Source of the DNA: Trichodelitschia bisporula
Lineage: Eukaryota
Reading direction: 5' to 3'
DNA length: 43,072 nucleotides
NCBI GenBank assembly: GCA_010356995.1
Contig: ML996699.1
Location: 278,323 to 321,394 of the forward strand
In this document: positions 1 to 10,800 of the stretch, piece by piece
Layout: every line of letters begins with the position of its first letter
Position numbering within the stretch: position 1 is the first letter of the stretch
Notes under the pieces: generated by a model
Seen by the model: only the letters and a program-made list of their open reading frames with translations
Databases searched by the model: none
What the model was told of the DNA's origin: nothing
Position numbers and translations under genes: made by a program

Positions 1-801
1 AGATTTGATGGTATATCAACTCGGGATGATAAATGATGTAATATGACTGTTTCCATGTATTTCCGGCGGTGGCTAAAGGCAGGTCGTCAGAGTCTTGGCC
101 TGCTTGTGTGACCCAGTGGGTGACTAATTTAAAAGGCAACCTAACCCACGGCACCTCGGAAGAAAGGACGCCCATACACTTCTCCCCTACAATCCATCAT
201 CGCGCGACCCACAAAGACCACCGACAACATGTCTTATCCTTACGAATACGTTCTGAAAACAGCTATCCAAACTCGCGAAGCATGTCCTGTGAAGATGATC
301 GTCAGCCGTTTTGGAGGTTGGGCGTGCGCTCACTAGGTCCCTTCCTGGAACCCCGATCTGGACTCTCCGGACACCATGGACCTTCACGAGGACTCTATGG
401 CCTGCTACGCCAGAACTATTGAGCTTGAATTTGACGACGTCTGCTCCGTGGACGTGAGCCGATATCTCTTTCACCTTATTTTGAACATCTGCGCTCTTTG
501 CGGTGCGAATACTTGCAAGGCTTGAGCATCACGAGCCAGCTTGTCCGGCCTCAAGAGAGACGCGGGTCGCTTGGCTGGGGGGCATATTGCAGAGCATCCC
601 GAAGAAGTCTTTGCTGCAGCCTTGCTCTTGTCTGAGTCTGCTCCAAGCCATCTCTCGCCATTCACAATGACACAACACCGGCGCTTGGCGCCTGTCCATC
701 CGCGGACCTGTAGTTCACAGGTACACATTCACCACTTTTGTCCACCATATCTCTGGCAACGATTGTCGACCTTCAAGTTTGTCTCCTTTCCCAACCACCC
801 T

Positions 802-1875
802 ATGTTCAGCACATACACAACTAAGGCACTGAACGAATCTGCTCCAACCACCTCCACTCCTCCAACCACCTCCACTGTTCCCACTAGGTCCACTGCTTCC
901 AGATACAGCAGCATATCCAAACGCGCCAATATGCCCTTGTTTGCTGTTAATTACCGGCGCTGGCGGGTCAAGGTATCCAAGGATGAAGTTAGGCAGATGA
1001 CCAAATTCCTCACCAAACGCAACAAAGGCTCAGCTGTGCCGGTTGATGCCCGCCTGGACGAACTAAGTCTGGAACTTGCATGCTCTCTCGACTTCGACCA
1101 TGAACCTGCGCCCCAGGAGCCATCCAAACCAGCCAGGAAGGCGAAATCTGTTCAGTGGGCCGAAGAGCCCAAGAAGTGGTCCCAAGAGAGGTCGAAGGGT
1201 TCTCGGCGTTTGTTCAGTGAAACTGTCATGGGCCGTCATGCGGAAATATTGCTCGCACTCAGAGAGCAGGAATGGGAAGACATCGATGATGGAGTTGACA
1301 GGGAGTGGGACGACGGAAAAGGCTGGGAGGTGGTCAAAGACGACGAGCTCGGGAATCCAGCTGCACCCACTAGGATTCAGGAGAATGTCCACCTTGATGA
1401 AGGATCTCCCAGCGAGCTGGAGGCCTCTTCACACACTCCAGAGCTCGCGAACATCCAAGACCCCGTGCGCACTGTCCAGGAGCCCGAAAGGCCTACCCAG
1501 CTGGTCCATCCTCCTACAAAGCGCGACAAGCCCCTTGCCGAACCGCAGCACCATATCATTACACCTCGGATACTTTCTACGGCAAAGAGCAATGACCGCC
1601 GACGCCCAACGGCTTCTCCAAAAGAACAGGCAACAAGACATCGGCTGTCGATCACCATGAGTGCCTCTCTCACGGGCAACAAACTTGAGCCCACCACTGG
1701 CTACTTCTTCACCAATCCGCTCGCCGTTGCGGCGCGCTCTCTTTCGGAACACTCCTTGGTCATCACCTGGATGAATCTCGGGCCGATAGTGCCGCTCTAC
1801 TATGACGAGTGGGGCGGGTTGTTCGCCCACACGCCCCTTCCCCCAACCTACTTCGACACCCTGGAGATGTTGTAA
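802..1875 (+). CDS. Hypothetical protein (~357 aa from ATG 802; frame open from 526); Thr/Ser/Pro-rich N-terminus, acidic Trp-rich middle
   Basis: Long ORF (444 codons in the track) with protein-like composition. No family recognised, and the start is uncertain. Confidence 0.5.
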   Translation: MFSTYTTKALNESAPTTSTPPTTSTVPTRSTASRYSSISKRANMPLFAVNYRRWRVKVSKDEVRQMTKFLTKRNKGSAVPVDARLDELSLELACSLDFDHEPAPQEPSKPARKAKSVQWAEEPKKWSQERSKGSRRLFSETVMGRHAEILLALREQEWEDIDDGVDREWDDGKGWEVVKDDELGNPAAPTRIQENVHLDEGSPSELEASSHTPELANIQDPVRTVQEPERPTQLVHPPTKRDKPLAEPQHHIITPRILSTAKSNDRRRPTASPKEQATRHRLSITMSASLTGNKLEPTTGYFFTNPLAVAARSLSEHSLVITWMNLGPIVPLYYDEWGGLFAHTPLPPTYFDTLEML

Positions 1876-2069
1876 TGAGATTGTTGAGGCGGGGCCAGAT
1901 ATCAGAGCTTCCGGCGATACGCCTTTAGCGGCGCCCTGTTCTCGGCTCGCGTCAAAGCAGCCCTTGGATGGTCGAGTTGAGAGAGGGCATGTGGAGGAAT
2001 AGGAGTGGGGATACTAGCAGGCAGGAGACCGGTAAGATGTGCACTCTGGGCACAAGGTACTGGCTAAGG

Positions 2070-2117
2070 CATGAATGTCATGAATATCATGAATGTCATG
2101 AATACGAATACGAATAC
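2070..2117. repeat. Minisatellite (CATGAATRY)x4 followed by (GAATAC)x2
   Basis: Read directly: catgaatgt catgaatat catgaatgt catgaatac gaatac gaatac. Confidence 0.85.
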
Positions 2118-3025
2118 CACCACATCTTTCGTCTGTCAATGGCATTGATGAATCAACATTCTTGTATGCTCGCTGGAAGATTTGATACCCCTTTTGACGT
2201 TTCGAGGCACTTCCGGTGGACATGAGTGTCAATATGTCCGCTCCCGAGGACTATATATTTCGTAGCACATCCTGCACTCCGATGGACTGAACTAGGCCAC
2301 CAAAACAACCCTGAAGTCTCGCATGAGTAGCAAAGGCAGGGTCCACAGGCACAGCAATCTGAGCGTTATGCTGTTCGAGACCATAGTCCTTCTTATACAA
2401 TGGGACAAAGACACTATTAAGCTCGCATTCTTACTGGCATATAGCGGACGAATTTACGCTGAGTGTCTTTACTTAGGCACCTCGCTATGAGCTGCTTCCT
2501 GCATCATGGAAAGATATCAAGGACATGACAAGGACGGTGGATAGGCGCGTACAGAATCTGAACGAGCTGAACAAGTTGTAATTAGGAGCCGGCCGCATTT
2601 TCGGTTGAGTATTTTCGAACAGCAGATTATCATAATAGCTAGAAATCGCAAACGAACTTGTTGTTCTACTGTACTGTAGTGGTGATGGCAGTGGAATGAA
2701 TGCAGACACGAAACCGAACGATACGATGGTACGCTATCACGTGAGTGAATGTAAGTGGTCATTGCGCAGTGGAAGCGGAGCCGGTTCCCAGCGCAACGCG
2801 ACGAGCGGCGACTTTGGTCCCACTACTTTGACGCAACAACCTCCATCCTGCTGGGCTTCCCTCACAAGCTTTTCCATCTCCTCATCTCTCGAAACTGAAG
2901 CACTTAATTCCCATTGCTCCCTTGTGCTGGCTTCTCTTACCTTCAGCCGTAAAAAGCACTCGTCATCCTACGGAAAGCTGTGCCATCATCAGGTCACGTC
3001 GGACCCCGGCTAAATCACCTGCCTT

Positions 3026-3060
3026 GCGCTTTCGCGTCGTGCGCGCGACACGCGACGACG
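3026..3060 (+). promoter_or_regulatory. Cluster of MCB/SCB-like CGCG elements upstream of cdt2
   Basis: TTTCGCG, GCGCGCGA and ACGCGA lie within 35 bp, about 170-190 bp before the cdt2 ATG. cdt2 is an MBF target in S. pombe. Confidence 0.5.
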
Positions 3061-3220
3061 TACCACCACTTTAGCTCCCACCGCACATCTTAACCTCAAC
3101 AACCACACAACCTCCACACCTACCAGCCCACTGCTGCATTCCACAGTACCAGTACATCACGAAACGACACAGAACATACATTTCGCATCTCAAGGTTGAT
3201 ATATCAACCTCGAATCGGTA

Positions 3221-5299
3221 ATGGCGGACGAGAACCGGCGAGAGCCCGCCATGGAGCCCCCATCCAGCCCCCCACAGTCGACCAAGCCCAAGCGGCCACC
3301 GCCCATCACCCCGAAGCGCTTCTCCAAGTTCTTCACACCGAGGAATACGTCCGGCGGCAGTCGAGTCACCAAGCGTAATGTCTCGCAAAGCCGCGACTTC
3401 CAGCGTCAATTGCGCACGATTTCCGGTAACTCGGCTTCCATCCCTCGGCAAGCCGATGCGGATCCTCTCACCCCCCACAAGACTGTGGCTTTTGCGAACC
3501 TCGCCACGCCCTCGACCGTCCGAACGACTCTCGACATGTCTGCTATACCGCACGTGGCGGCCCCTGGCAATAAACGCAAGGCGCCGTTTTCTCCTCCTCC
3601 TTCTAGCTCGCCGATGCGGTCGTCACCATGCAAGCGATTCCGCCAGGATTCATTCTGTTTTGAGAGCTCGCCGCCTCCAATTCCCGAGGAATTAGAAGAG
3701 GATGTCGATATGCCTGTCAACCGGGCGCGTATGCCAACCTACAGCATCTACCATGATCCGATCGAGCGTGTCACTGCTGGCGGAATAGCTGGGCGGATCC
3801 TTCAGCGTTCTTTTGGGGGGTTGGAGTGTTTAGGTCGCGGTCGTCGCAAGGACATCTGCATTGATTGGCAACCATTGACTGCAAATTTCTACACCGTCAA
3901 GGCGCAGTCACATACGATGGGACCCGTGCCGTTTTCCGTTGCGGCTCGCAATACATCAGCAATGGTCGCTGTCGCAGCGCAAGATGGAGAGATTCGCATG
4001 CTTGAGACGGACGAACAGTACGACCCTCCGTTCACCTCAATGGCGTACCGGATTTGGCCGCATGACAATGCCATTATGGACATGACGTTCTCTCAGGATG
4101 ACTCTATCCTCCTCACAGCGAGCGGCGATCAAGAGACTCGGGTCATCGACGTAACGACCTGCCAGACGAAGCATATATTTAAGAGTCATGAGACGTCAGT
4201 CAAGCAGGTTCGGTTCCAGCCAGAAAATGAGAGTGTGATCGCGACCTCGAGTCGGGACGGCAACGTACATATCTGGGATCTTCGATGCGCTCCGCTGAGG
4301 GCAAACGTTGCGGAGTCGGAGCCCTCGGTGAACAGACGTAATGTCCGAGTCGACCACGAGGTGTCGCACCACCGCCCAATTAACACGATCGCGTCTGCGC
4401 ACTCTCACGCTCGGCGCATGAGCCGACAGCAAGGGTACGACGAGGAGCGAAGCGCATATCCCAGCCGTGCCGGTGACGTCTCAGTCACATCCTTGACCTT
4501 CCTCACGGGAAACACAAACCTCATCGTCACCGCTTCCGAGGCAGAGACATCAGTTAAAGTGTGGGACATTCGCTCCCGCTATAACAGCAAAGGCGCCACC
4601 CCTCTAGCCACGGTCGAGGAACCTCAGGCCCACAAGAACTACCGCTCTTTTGGCGTAACTTCCATGGTGCTCAATGGGAGCGGCAGCCGCCTCTATGCTC
4701 TGGCGCGGGACAATACTGTATACGCGTACAGCACGAATCACCTGATCCTCGGCCACGCACCTGAGCTCAACACTGTCTCCACCCGTCGGCGCCACGGCAA
4801 CACCGACCGCAAGGGCCTAGCTCCGCTCTACGGCTTCCGCCACCCGCAGTTCTACGCAACGTCCTTCTATGTGAAACTCGCGCTGCGCCCCGCCTCAAAC
4901 GACCGCGCGGAGCTCCTTGCCGCGGGATCGAGTGGACACTGCCCCGTGCTGTTTCCGACAGACGAAGGGTTATTTCACGATGACTACGAGGCGGAGCGTT
5001 GGCAGCCAGAGGAACACTTTGTTGCCGGCGGGCGCCCGCACATGGGCCACATGGACAGCGGCTTCCCGATCTACAAGTGGGGCATGGCGCTCCCTGGCGG
5101 GCATAGCAACGAGGTTTCGGGTGTTGCATGGACGGCGCATGGCGAGCTTGTTAGCATTGGGGATGATCGGACTGCGCGGCTTTGGCGGGAGGATCAGGGT
5201 GTGGCGAGGGATATGCGTGCTAGGGCGCGGTTGGGCGAGAGTTCTATTGGGGATGCGTGTGCGGATGTGCCGGAGGATTGGGATGAGGATGATGGTTAG
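3221..5299 (+). CDS. cdt2: Cdt2/DTL WD40-repeat substrate receptor of the CRL4 (Cul4-Ddb1) ligase, 692 aa, intronless
   Basis: WD repeats HDNAIMD...TASGDQ, H..SVKQVRF...TSSRDGNVHIWDLR and VKVWDIR (DWD WDxR boxes); Cdt2-typical TSFYVK and H.NEVSGVAW; N-terminal PPITPKRF.KFFTPR. Confidence 0.9.
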   Translation: MADENRREPAMEPPSSPPQSTKPKRPPPITPKRFSKFFTPRNTSGGSRVTKRNVSQSRDFQRQLRTISGNSASIPRQADADPLTPHKTVAFANLATPSTVRTTLDMSAIPHVAAPGNKRKAPFSPPPSSSPMRSSPCKRFRQDSFCFESSPPPIPEELEEDVDMPVNRARMPTYSIYHDPIERVTAGGIAGRILQRSFGGLECLGRGRRKDICIDWQPLTANFYTVKAQSHTMGPVPFSVAARNTSAMVAVAAQDGEIRMLETDEQYDPPFTSMAYRIWPHDNAIMDMTFSQDDSILLTASGDQETRVIDVTTCQTKHIFKSHETSVKQVRFQPENESVIATSSRDGNVHIWDLRCAPLRANVAESEPSVNRRNVRVDHEVSHHRPINTIASAHSHARRMSRQQGYDEERSAYPSRAGDVSVTSLTFLTGNTNLIVTASEAETSVKVWDIRSRYNSKGATPLATVEEPQAHKNYRSFGVTSMVLNGSGSRLYALARDNTVYAYSTNHLILGHAPELNTVSTRRRHGNTDRKGLAPLYGFRHPQFYATSFYVKLALRPASNDRAELLAAGSSGHCPVLFPTDEGLFHDDYEAERWQPEEHFVAGGRPHMGHMDSGFPIYKWGMALPGGHSNEVSGVAWTAHGELVSIGDDRTARLWREDQGVARDMRARARLGESSIGDACADVPEDWDEDDG

Positions 5300-5556
5300 A
5301 TGCTGATTGTCCTGGTCTGTGCGGTTTCTGCGGCTTTGGTGGGCGCGGTTACTGCTCGTTGTGAAGGGCTTGTTGGCGCGTAGATACCCAAGCGCTGATT
5401 AGATAGCTTCCTGAATGGAAGATGTATGATGTTTTCTTGCTGCTTGCCTTGCTGTGCGGGAATGAACGGTTTGCGAGCGTCATCGGGACCATGGGACGAG
5501 CTTCGGCGGCTAAGTGACGACGATTTGCCGCCTCAGGGGACTATGCAGGCTCCGTC

Positions 5557-7845
5557 ATGCCTTCCTCCTCGGCCACCAACGCTCCTTCTTCTGCGGTGTC
5601 GGATAGTGCCACCAATGTGGCCCCAGCTTTCCCTCTGAGTATAAACCCCCCCTCAGTCCCCTCCTCCTCGTCCTCTGCTTTTCTTTCCCCATCCAAGTTC
5701 TCGGGCTTTACGCGTGGCAGTGAAGACTCGTCTGAGCCTATGTTAGTGCTAGTTGAAAACTACATTCCTGACCCTCCAGTTGGTCTTCGGATCGGCAGGG
5801 AATTTTTTGATACACCTCATCTGATGCGGTGCTTTGTCCCCCCCCCCTCGGCGACTATTGCACCTAGCGGGTATTTCCTTTTTTGCCAGGTATTGGAGGT
5901 TAATTCGTGTTAGGATGATGTAATGTTCCTCATATCCAAGCTTCATGGTGGTGACGACGGAAGCATCACCATCCATACCCCTGATGGTACGAAGCACTGG
6001 GCTTAAGCTAAGGGAACAATCAAGGACTTAAGGTGGAAAATCAGTATCCTGCTTGGCGTGCCTTTCATGAGAGTCACCATCACCAAAATAGGTCGTATCT
6101 TTGCCGACGGCACGCTGCCCTACACGATGTGGGCCCGCTTACTCTTCGTATATGAATTTCTCAACGACGTCTGCTTCCAGTATGGCTACTATTTGGATGC
6201 AATGATCATGGACGAGTCATCCATGGCGCTCACCCTAGGAGTCGGCGGATCGATCAAACAGGCCATCTATCGAGACGGGAACGATCCGCGAATATGGGAC
6301 ATGGGCAGCGCAAAGCGGATCCATATCCGACTCGTGAACGCCGCCGTCTTCGAGTTCATGACTGGCATGGCAACTCCTCCCACTCCAGCGTCCTCCAAGA
6401 CCTATATGTCGTCCGTAATGTGGAGAGCAACTTCACAGGACAGTGAATGAAAACCAAAGTGAGATTAAAGACGGCCTCCGAAGAGGGCCGTGAGGCTGCC
6501 AGATCTAAATACAATCGTTGTTCCATATTGCCTTTCCAGACTCAGGGTGGTACTGCCACAATAATAGGGTAAACAACCCCCTTTGCTAACACCTCATGAG
6601 TAGGGCATACCTGCTCTATGTCCTCTAGCTCCTACCAATGCATCTGCTATGGTAAGCGTACTTGCCTAAGTAAAATATGTTGTACCCCACATGAGCCCGG
6701 TCTCCCCTTCTAAAGATATCTACCGAGAGGAGCCGAATTCCGTGTCCGACTCAACGGCCTTCGGGAAGCTGAAATCCACATCGCAGATCGATGCTGAGAC
6801 GGAGCCCGAGATCGAAACCGAAACGTATGATCCGCTCCGATCGACACGTTGCAGCCAATGCACATCTTACTTCCATAGAGTGTGGGTTTCCGGAGATTCA
6901 AAGTAAGTTCCCCCATGTGCTATCTGACGCTTGCTAACTGCTAGACTCCGGCCCTGTGGCCACGGCTTCTGCCACAGCTGCGCAAGCCGCGCGCGGGAGA
7001 CGATGAGCGGACAACAGTGGAAACCTACATGTCCTTGGTGCTTGAAACCGATCGACAGAATGGTCGGGCTGGCGGCACCCACGGGGTCACAAGGGGCTGA
7101 GGCTGTAGACTTCGCGGTGCCGACAGTGATGCTGGATACCAATGGCCTGCCTCCATTTAGAAGCATCATGTCTGCCCGGTCCACATTAGGCTTTGGTTTT
7201 AGCCCGGGATTGCTTGTCCATACCGGCGATGGGATGTCGGATCTGCAATCGAGTCTCCATGTCCGGCGAGACAGAAGCGAAGTTTCAGCCTTGCCCGATC
7301 CTCGACCACTAGTGAATCGTTCAGGTGCCAATATTTCCCATAGCAATTGGCTCTCTAGCCGTTTTCCCGCTTCTCATGCACATGGTACTTGCCGCATCGT
7401 CCAGCATATCCATCTCAAGCTGCAAACACCGCTATTTGCAACCAATCCTTTTCCAGCAGTCGAGCCACCATATTCCCTCTCCACCGCTCGCAGACCATGT
7501 GAAACCGCAGCCACGCCTCATATCTCTCCTCCAGTAACATGCCTAGAGCATGTCCCCATCCATCCAACAACTCCCCAACCGCACCCTCCAGCGCCTCCAC
7601 CCAACCCACGTTTCCCACAACACGCATGCCCGCAGTCCCCAACACACAACGCGCAGCCCCTCTCCGTCACTGGAATCTCCTCCGTGCGCCCATTCTCCAT
7701 GCGCCCGGCCCAACAGCAGGCCTACACATCCGCATCCCTCCGCCCCCCCCACTCCGGAGCCGCTCCCGCCCGCGTGGAGGCCGCGCAAGCGCAGCCGCGC
7801 GGGCCGGGTCCACGGCGCGGGCGGCACGGCGCGCACAAAGTCTAA
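5557..7845 (+). pseudogene. Disrupted gene for a fungal protein with a ubiquitin-like segment and a C-terminal C3HC4 RING finger
   Basis: The frame from 5914 reads DDVMFLISKLHGG...WA*AKGTIKDLRWKISILLGVP, with an in-frame TAA at 6004-6006. It continues GGSIKQAIYRDGNDPRIWD...GMATPPTP, then a 285-bp insertion (6407-6691). A 42-nt intron at 6903-6944 (GTAAGT..GCTAAC..TAG) joins CSQC to LRPCGHGFCHSC...CPWC. Both ends are uncertain. Confidence 0.7.
6407..6691. mobile_element. Solo-LTR-like insertion (285 bp, TGT...ACA termini)
   Basis: AT-richer block starting TGTCG and ending CCACA. Its removal rejoins the coding frame (KTYM|SPVSPSKDIYREE). No 4-5 bp target-site duplication is visible. Confidence 0.5.
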
Positions 7846-10800
7846 GTGCGCCATATGCACGCAGCGTGCGTTGTCATAGCGCGGGCTCGGGGGGTGATAA
7901 CTCCGTTCCAGGCAGGAGGGCGAGGGCGGCCTGTGCTGACTGCCGCGGACGCGGTCAGCAGCGATATACGGATGTAATCGGGGCAGATGACAACGCGCGG
8001 GTGATTGTTGCCCGATACACTCGCGAGCGGGCCTTTACAGGGAGAAAATCCGGTCCGCCTCCTTGCTCGCGTTAATCACCGGGTCATGGCCTCGCCTAAA
8101 AGGCGATATCCCGCCCGCTGCCCAGCCTGATAATCAAAGGCGCACCCAGATGACCACGGCATCCCGCGTACCCCCACGCCTCACTCCCCATTCCAACCAC
8201 TCACCCCCAACGTCGCCCGCAGACCCACGGGGAATATTGCCATGCCAGCTCCGACCCTCACCCCGCAAGCGAAACACTCCGACCGCATCACGTCCGCCGT
8301 TTCCAGGTTCCCACCCCGGCCTCGCCTCGCCTCGCCTGGCCCCGACCGCTCTTCGCGCAGGCACGGCGGGCCTGCCCCGCGGGCGCGGGCGCGGCCGGCT
8401 CGGTGCCCTCGGGGCACACACGCCGGGCCGACCAATCGTGGCCCGCGGCTGACGCGGCCGGAGTACCTTCGTATTGAGGGCTAGACGCCGCGGCTGGAGA
8501 CCCGCGGGCGCGGGAACGCGGAGAGGGGATAACCTGGTTTGGGCGGTGGTGGGGCGAGGCGGGCAGGGAATGGTGCGTGGTTCTCCCTTGCGAGGTGGGG
8601 GGGGGGATTTCCCGCGCGGCGCTGGGACGGGACGGCGGGAGGGAGGGAGGGCGGGTGTCGCGGGTGATTGTGTTGGGGCGGCTGAGACGCGCGGAGGATG
8701 TCGTTAGGAGGGAAGGGTGATATGCGGGTCCGACTCCGAGCGGGCGAGGAAAGGGGATGGAAGCTCGCCGCAGCTGGGGAATTAGCGGCGATTGTTGCAG
8801 GAGAACTTGCTTCTTTCCCGGCAATGGCAGGTGGGAGCCCGTGAACCATTTCCATAGGAATCACGCTTGAGTACGCAGGTACCTACCCCACGATACGGAG
8901 TATATTCCGGAGTACGGTAATCGATGGCAGCGATATCCAGCCGTGCCAGCCTCCAAACCGCCCACGACAACTCTTCATTTCCCCAGACCCGGGGTTGAAC
9001 CCACCAACCGCGCCCCCGGAGCGCGCACGACATCATGCGATGGACGTGCAAATCGCGTCCCAATAGCCTCGCTACCACGGCGGCCTAGGAAGTCAGTTCC
9101 GCGCCCCCCGGCCCCAGCGCCAGAGTGGAGGGCGCGGGAGCGTTGCAACGTCGGTGTTGCTAGGGAGACTACTCCGTACCGTAGAACTAGCGGTTTGTAG
9201 AGAACGAGCGTGGGTGCGGGATAGGCCAGGAGGGAGGCATTGAAACGGATAGAATTCGTTTTTCCCAGTGGCGGAATGGGGGAGGCGGTAGGAGGTCATT
9301 CGGGATGACCGACCTAGAGACGAGAGCGTGAAGCCAACGCTCGTGATGCGCGATGATCGATGTTTGAACGGTGCCCGTGCTGCTTCGCTTTCCTTCAGCT
9401 TTCCCTTCATCTCGTCATCTCGTATCAGATGTCACAGGTTCATGCATTCATCCCAAAAGCCGTTTCCCACGTCTTACCCCTGAAGATTCACGACGCGGAC
9501 GCACGTGTCAATAAACCTTAATCGCACCCTCTCGTCGCCATACTCGGCCCATTTCCCCTCGCGAACCAATCCGAGCCGCGCCATTATAGCCTAGTAAGCC
9601 GTTGACTCGGTATAGAAAACGTGAGAAGCCCGAATCTCACCCTTGAGGCGCGCGTCTAGTGAGACATCAGCGAGGACGAGTTGAGGCGTTATAAAATCAA
9701 GCCTGAGGCAGCCAGCCTGGCGAATATTAAAAAGCAAGCACCAGCCATCCCACGCGTGGCGCACAGGCGCAGTTCGCGTGATGCAGGTTTGGGGGTGGCG
9801 TGGCGGGGGCCCGCGATTGCGATTGCCCTCGGCCGATGACGCGACACGTTTGCTTAACATGCGCTCCCAGCGGATAGTCTGGATAACAGCAGCGCGGCGT
9901 GTGAAACGGAAGCGAAACGCAGAGCGAAGCGTAGAGGGGGGAGATGCGTACAATCGACACCCTCCTCTCCTCAGCAGAGGACACAGAACAGTAGCAAGCA
10001 GCACCTGTATGCGGCACGCCGAGCGCATGTCCCCCAACGGGCAGTGCGGTGCCGGCTCCCTCAACCTCGCAAATCGGCCCAATTGCCTTGCCCGGCCCCT
10101 TTTCCGACGCTTCCTCGACGACCGCCGCGCGCCAACCAGCAGCCGCGCTCGGCTCAACAGCGCATGCGCAAGCGGTGCGGTGCACGGCGCGGCGACGTAA
10201 CGCGATGCAACGCACGGCGAGGCGAGGGTGCGTTCTACGATGGGCGAGGCGAGTGTACGTTGTACGGTGTGCCGCGAGGTGACGGCGAGGAGCCAATCGA
10301 TGAGCCGCGATGCGTGTGGAGGGGGAGCACCGATTGCATCGGACACCGCCTTTCTCACGGCCAAGAAGCTATCGCCGCGACGTATTTACTGTACTTCCCC
10401 TCCATTCCGACTTCTCCCATCCTCGACGCCCGGGAATGCCTCGCCGACACCGGCTCCCACACCACCTCGGCATTCTCCAAAAGTGACGACACCCCCAAAA
10501 CACCGAGGAGGGTAGCCTAGAAGCCGCTCCTTACCCTCCCCTCGCAGCCACCCAACGCCCAGCGCCACACGCTAATCGCCCCCTTCGGTCCCCTCGTTCA
10601 GCTCGCACGCCACCGCCATCAGGTGCCCTGCTCACGCGGCCGTTGTCCGTGTCCAACCGGCTCGTCGGCCGGTCGGGAGTGAGTCCGGGGCCAAACAGGG
10701 GTAAAAGACGGGGGTGGGGACCTCCGTGGCCAATCAGCGGTGCGAAACGACATGCGCAGTCCAAAACAACGGTCTAGCGCCCCGATACCCCCGCGCCACA

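Noticed and set aside
8230..8237. ATATTCC on the - strand resembling snR30/U17 motif m1
   Set aside because: No m2 (AAACCAU) motif 7 nt before an ACA box.
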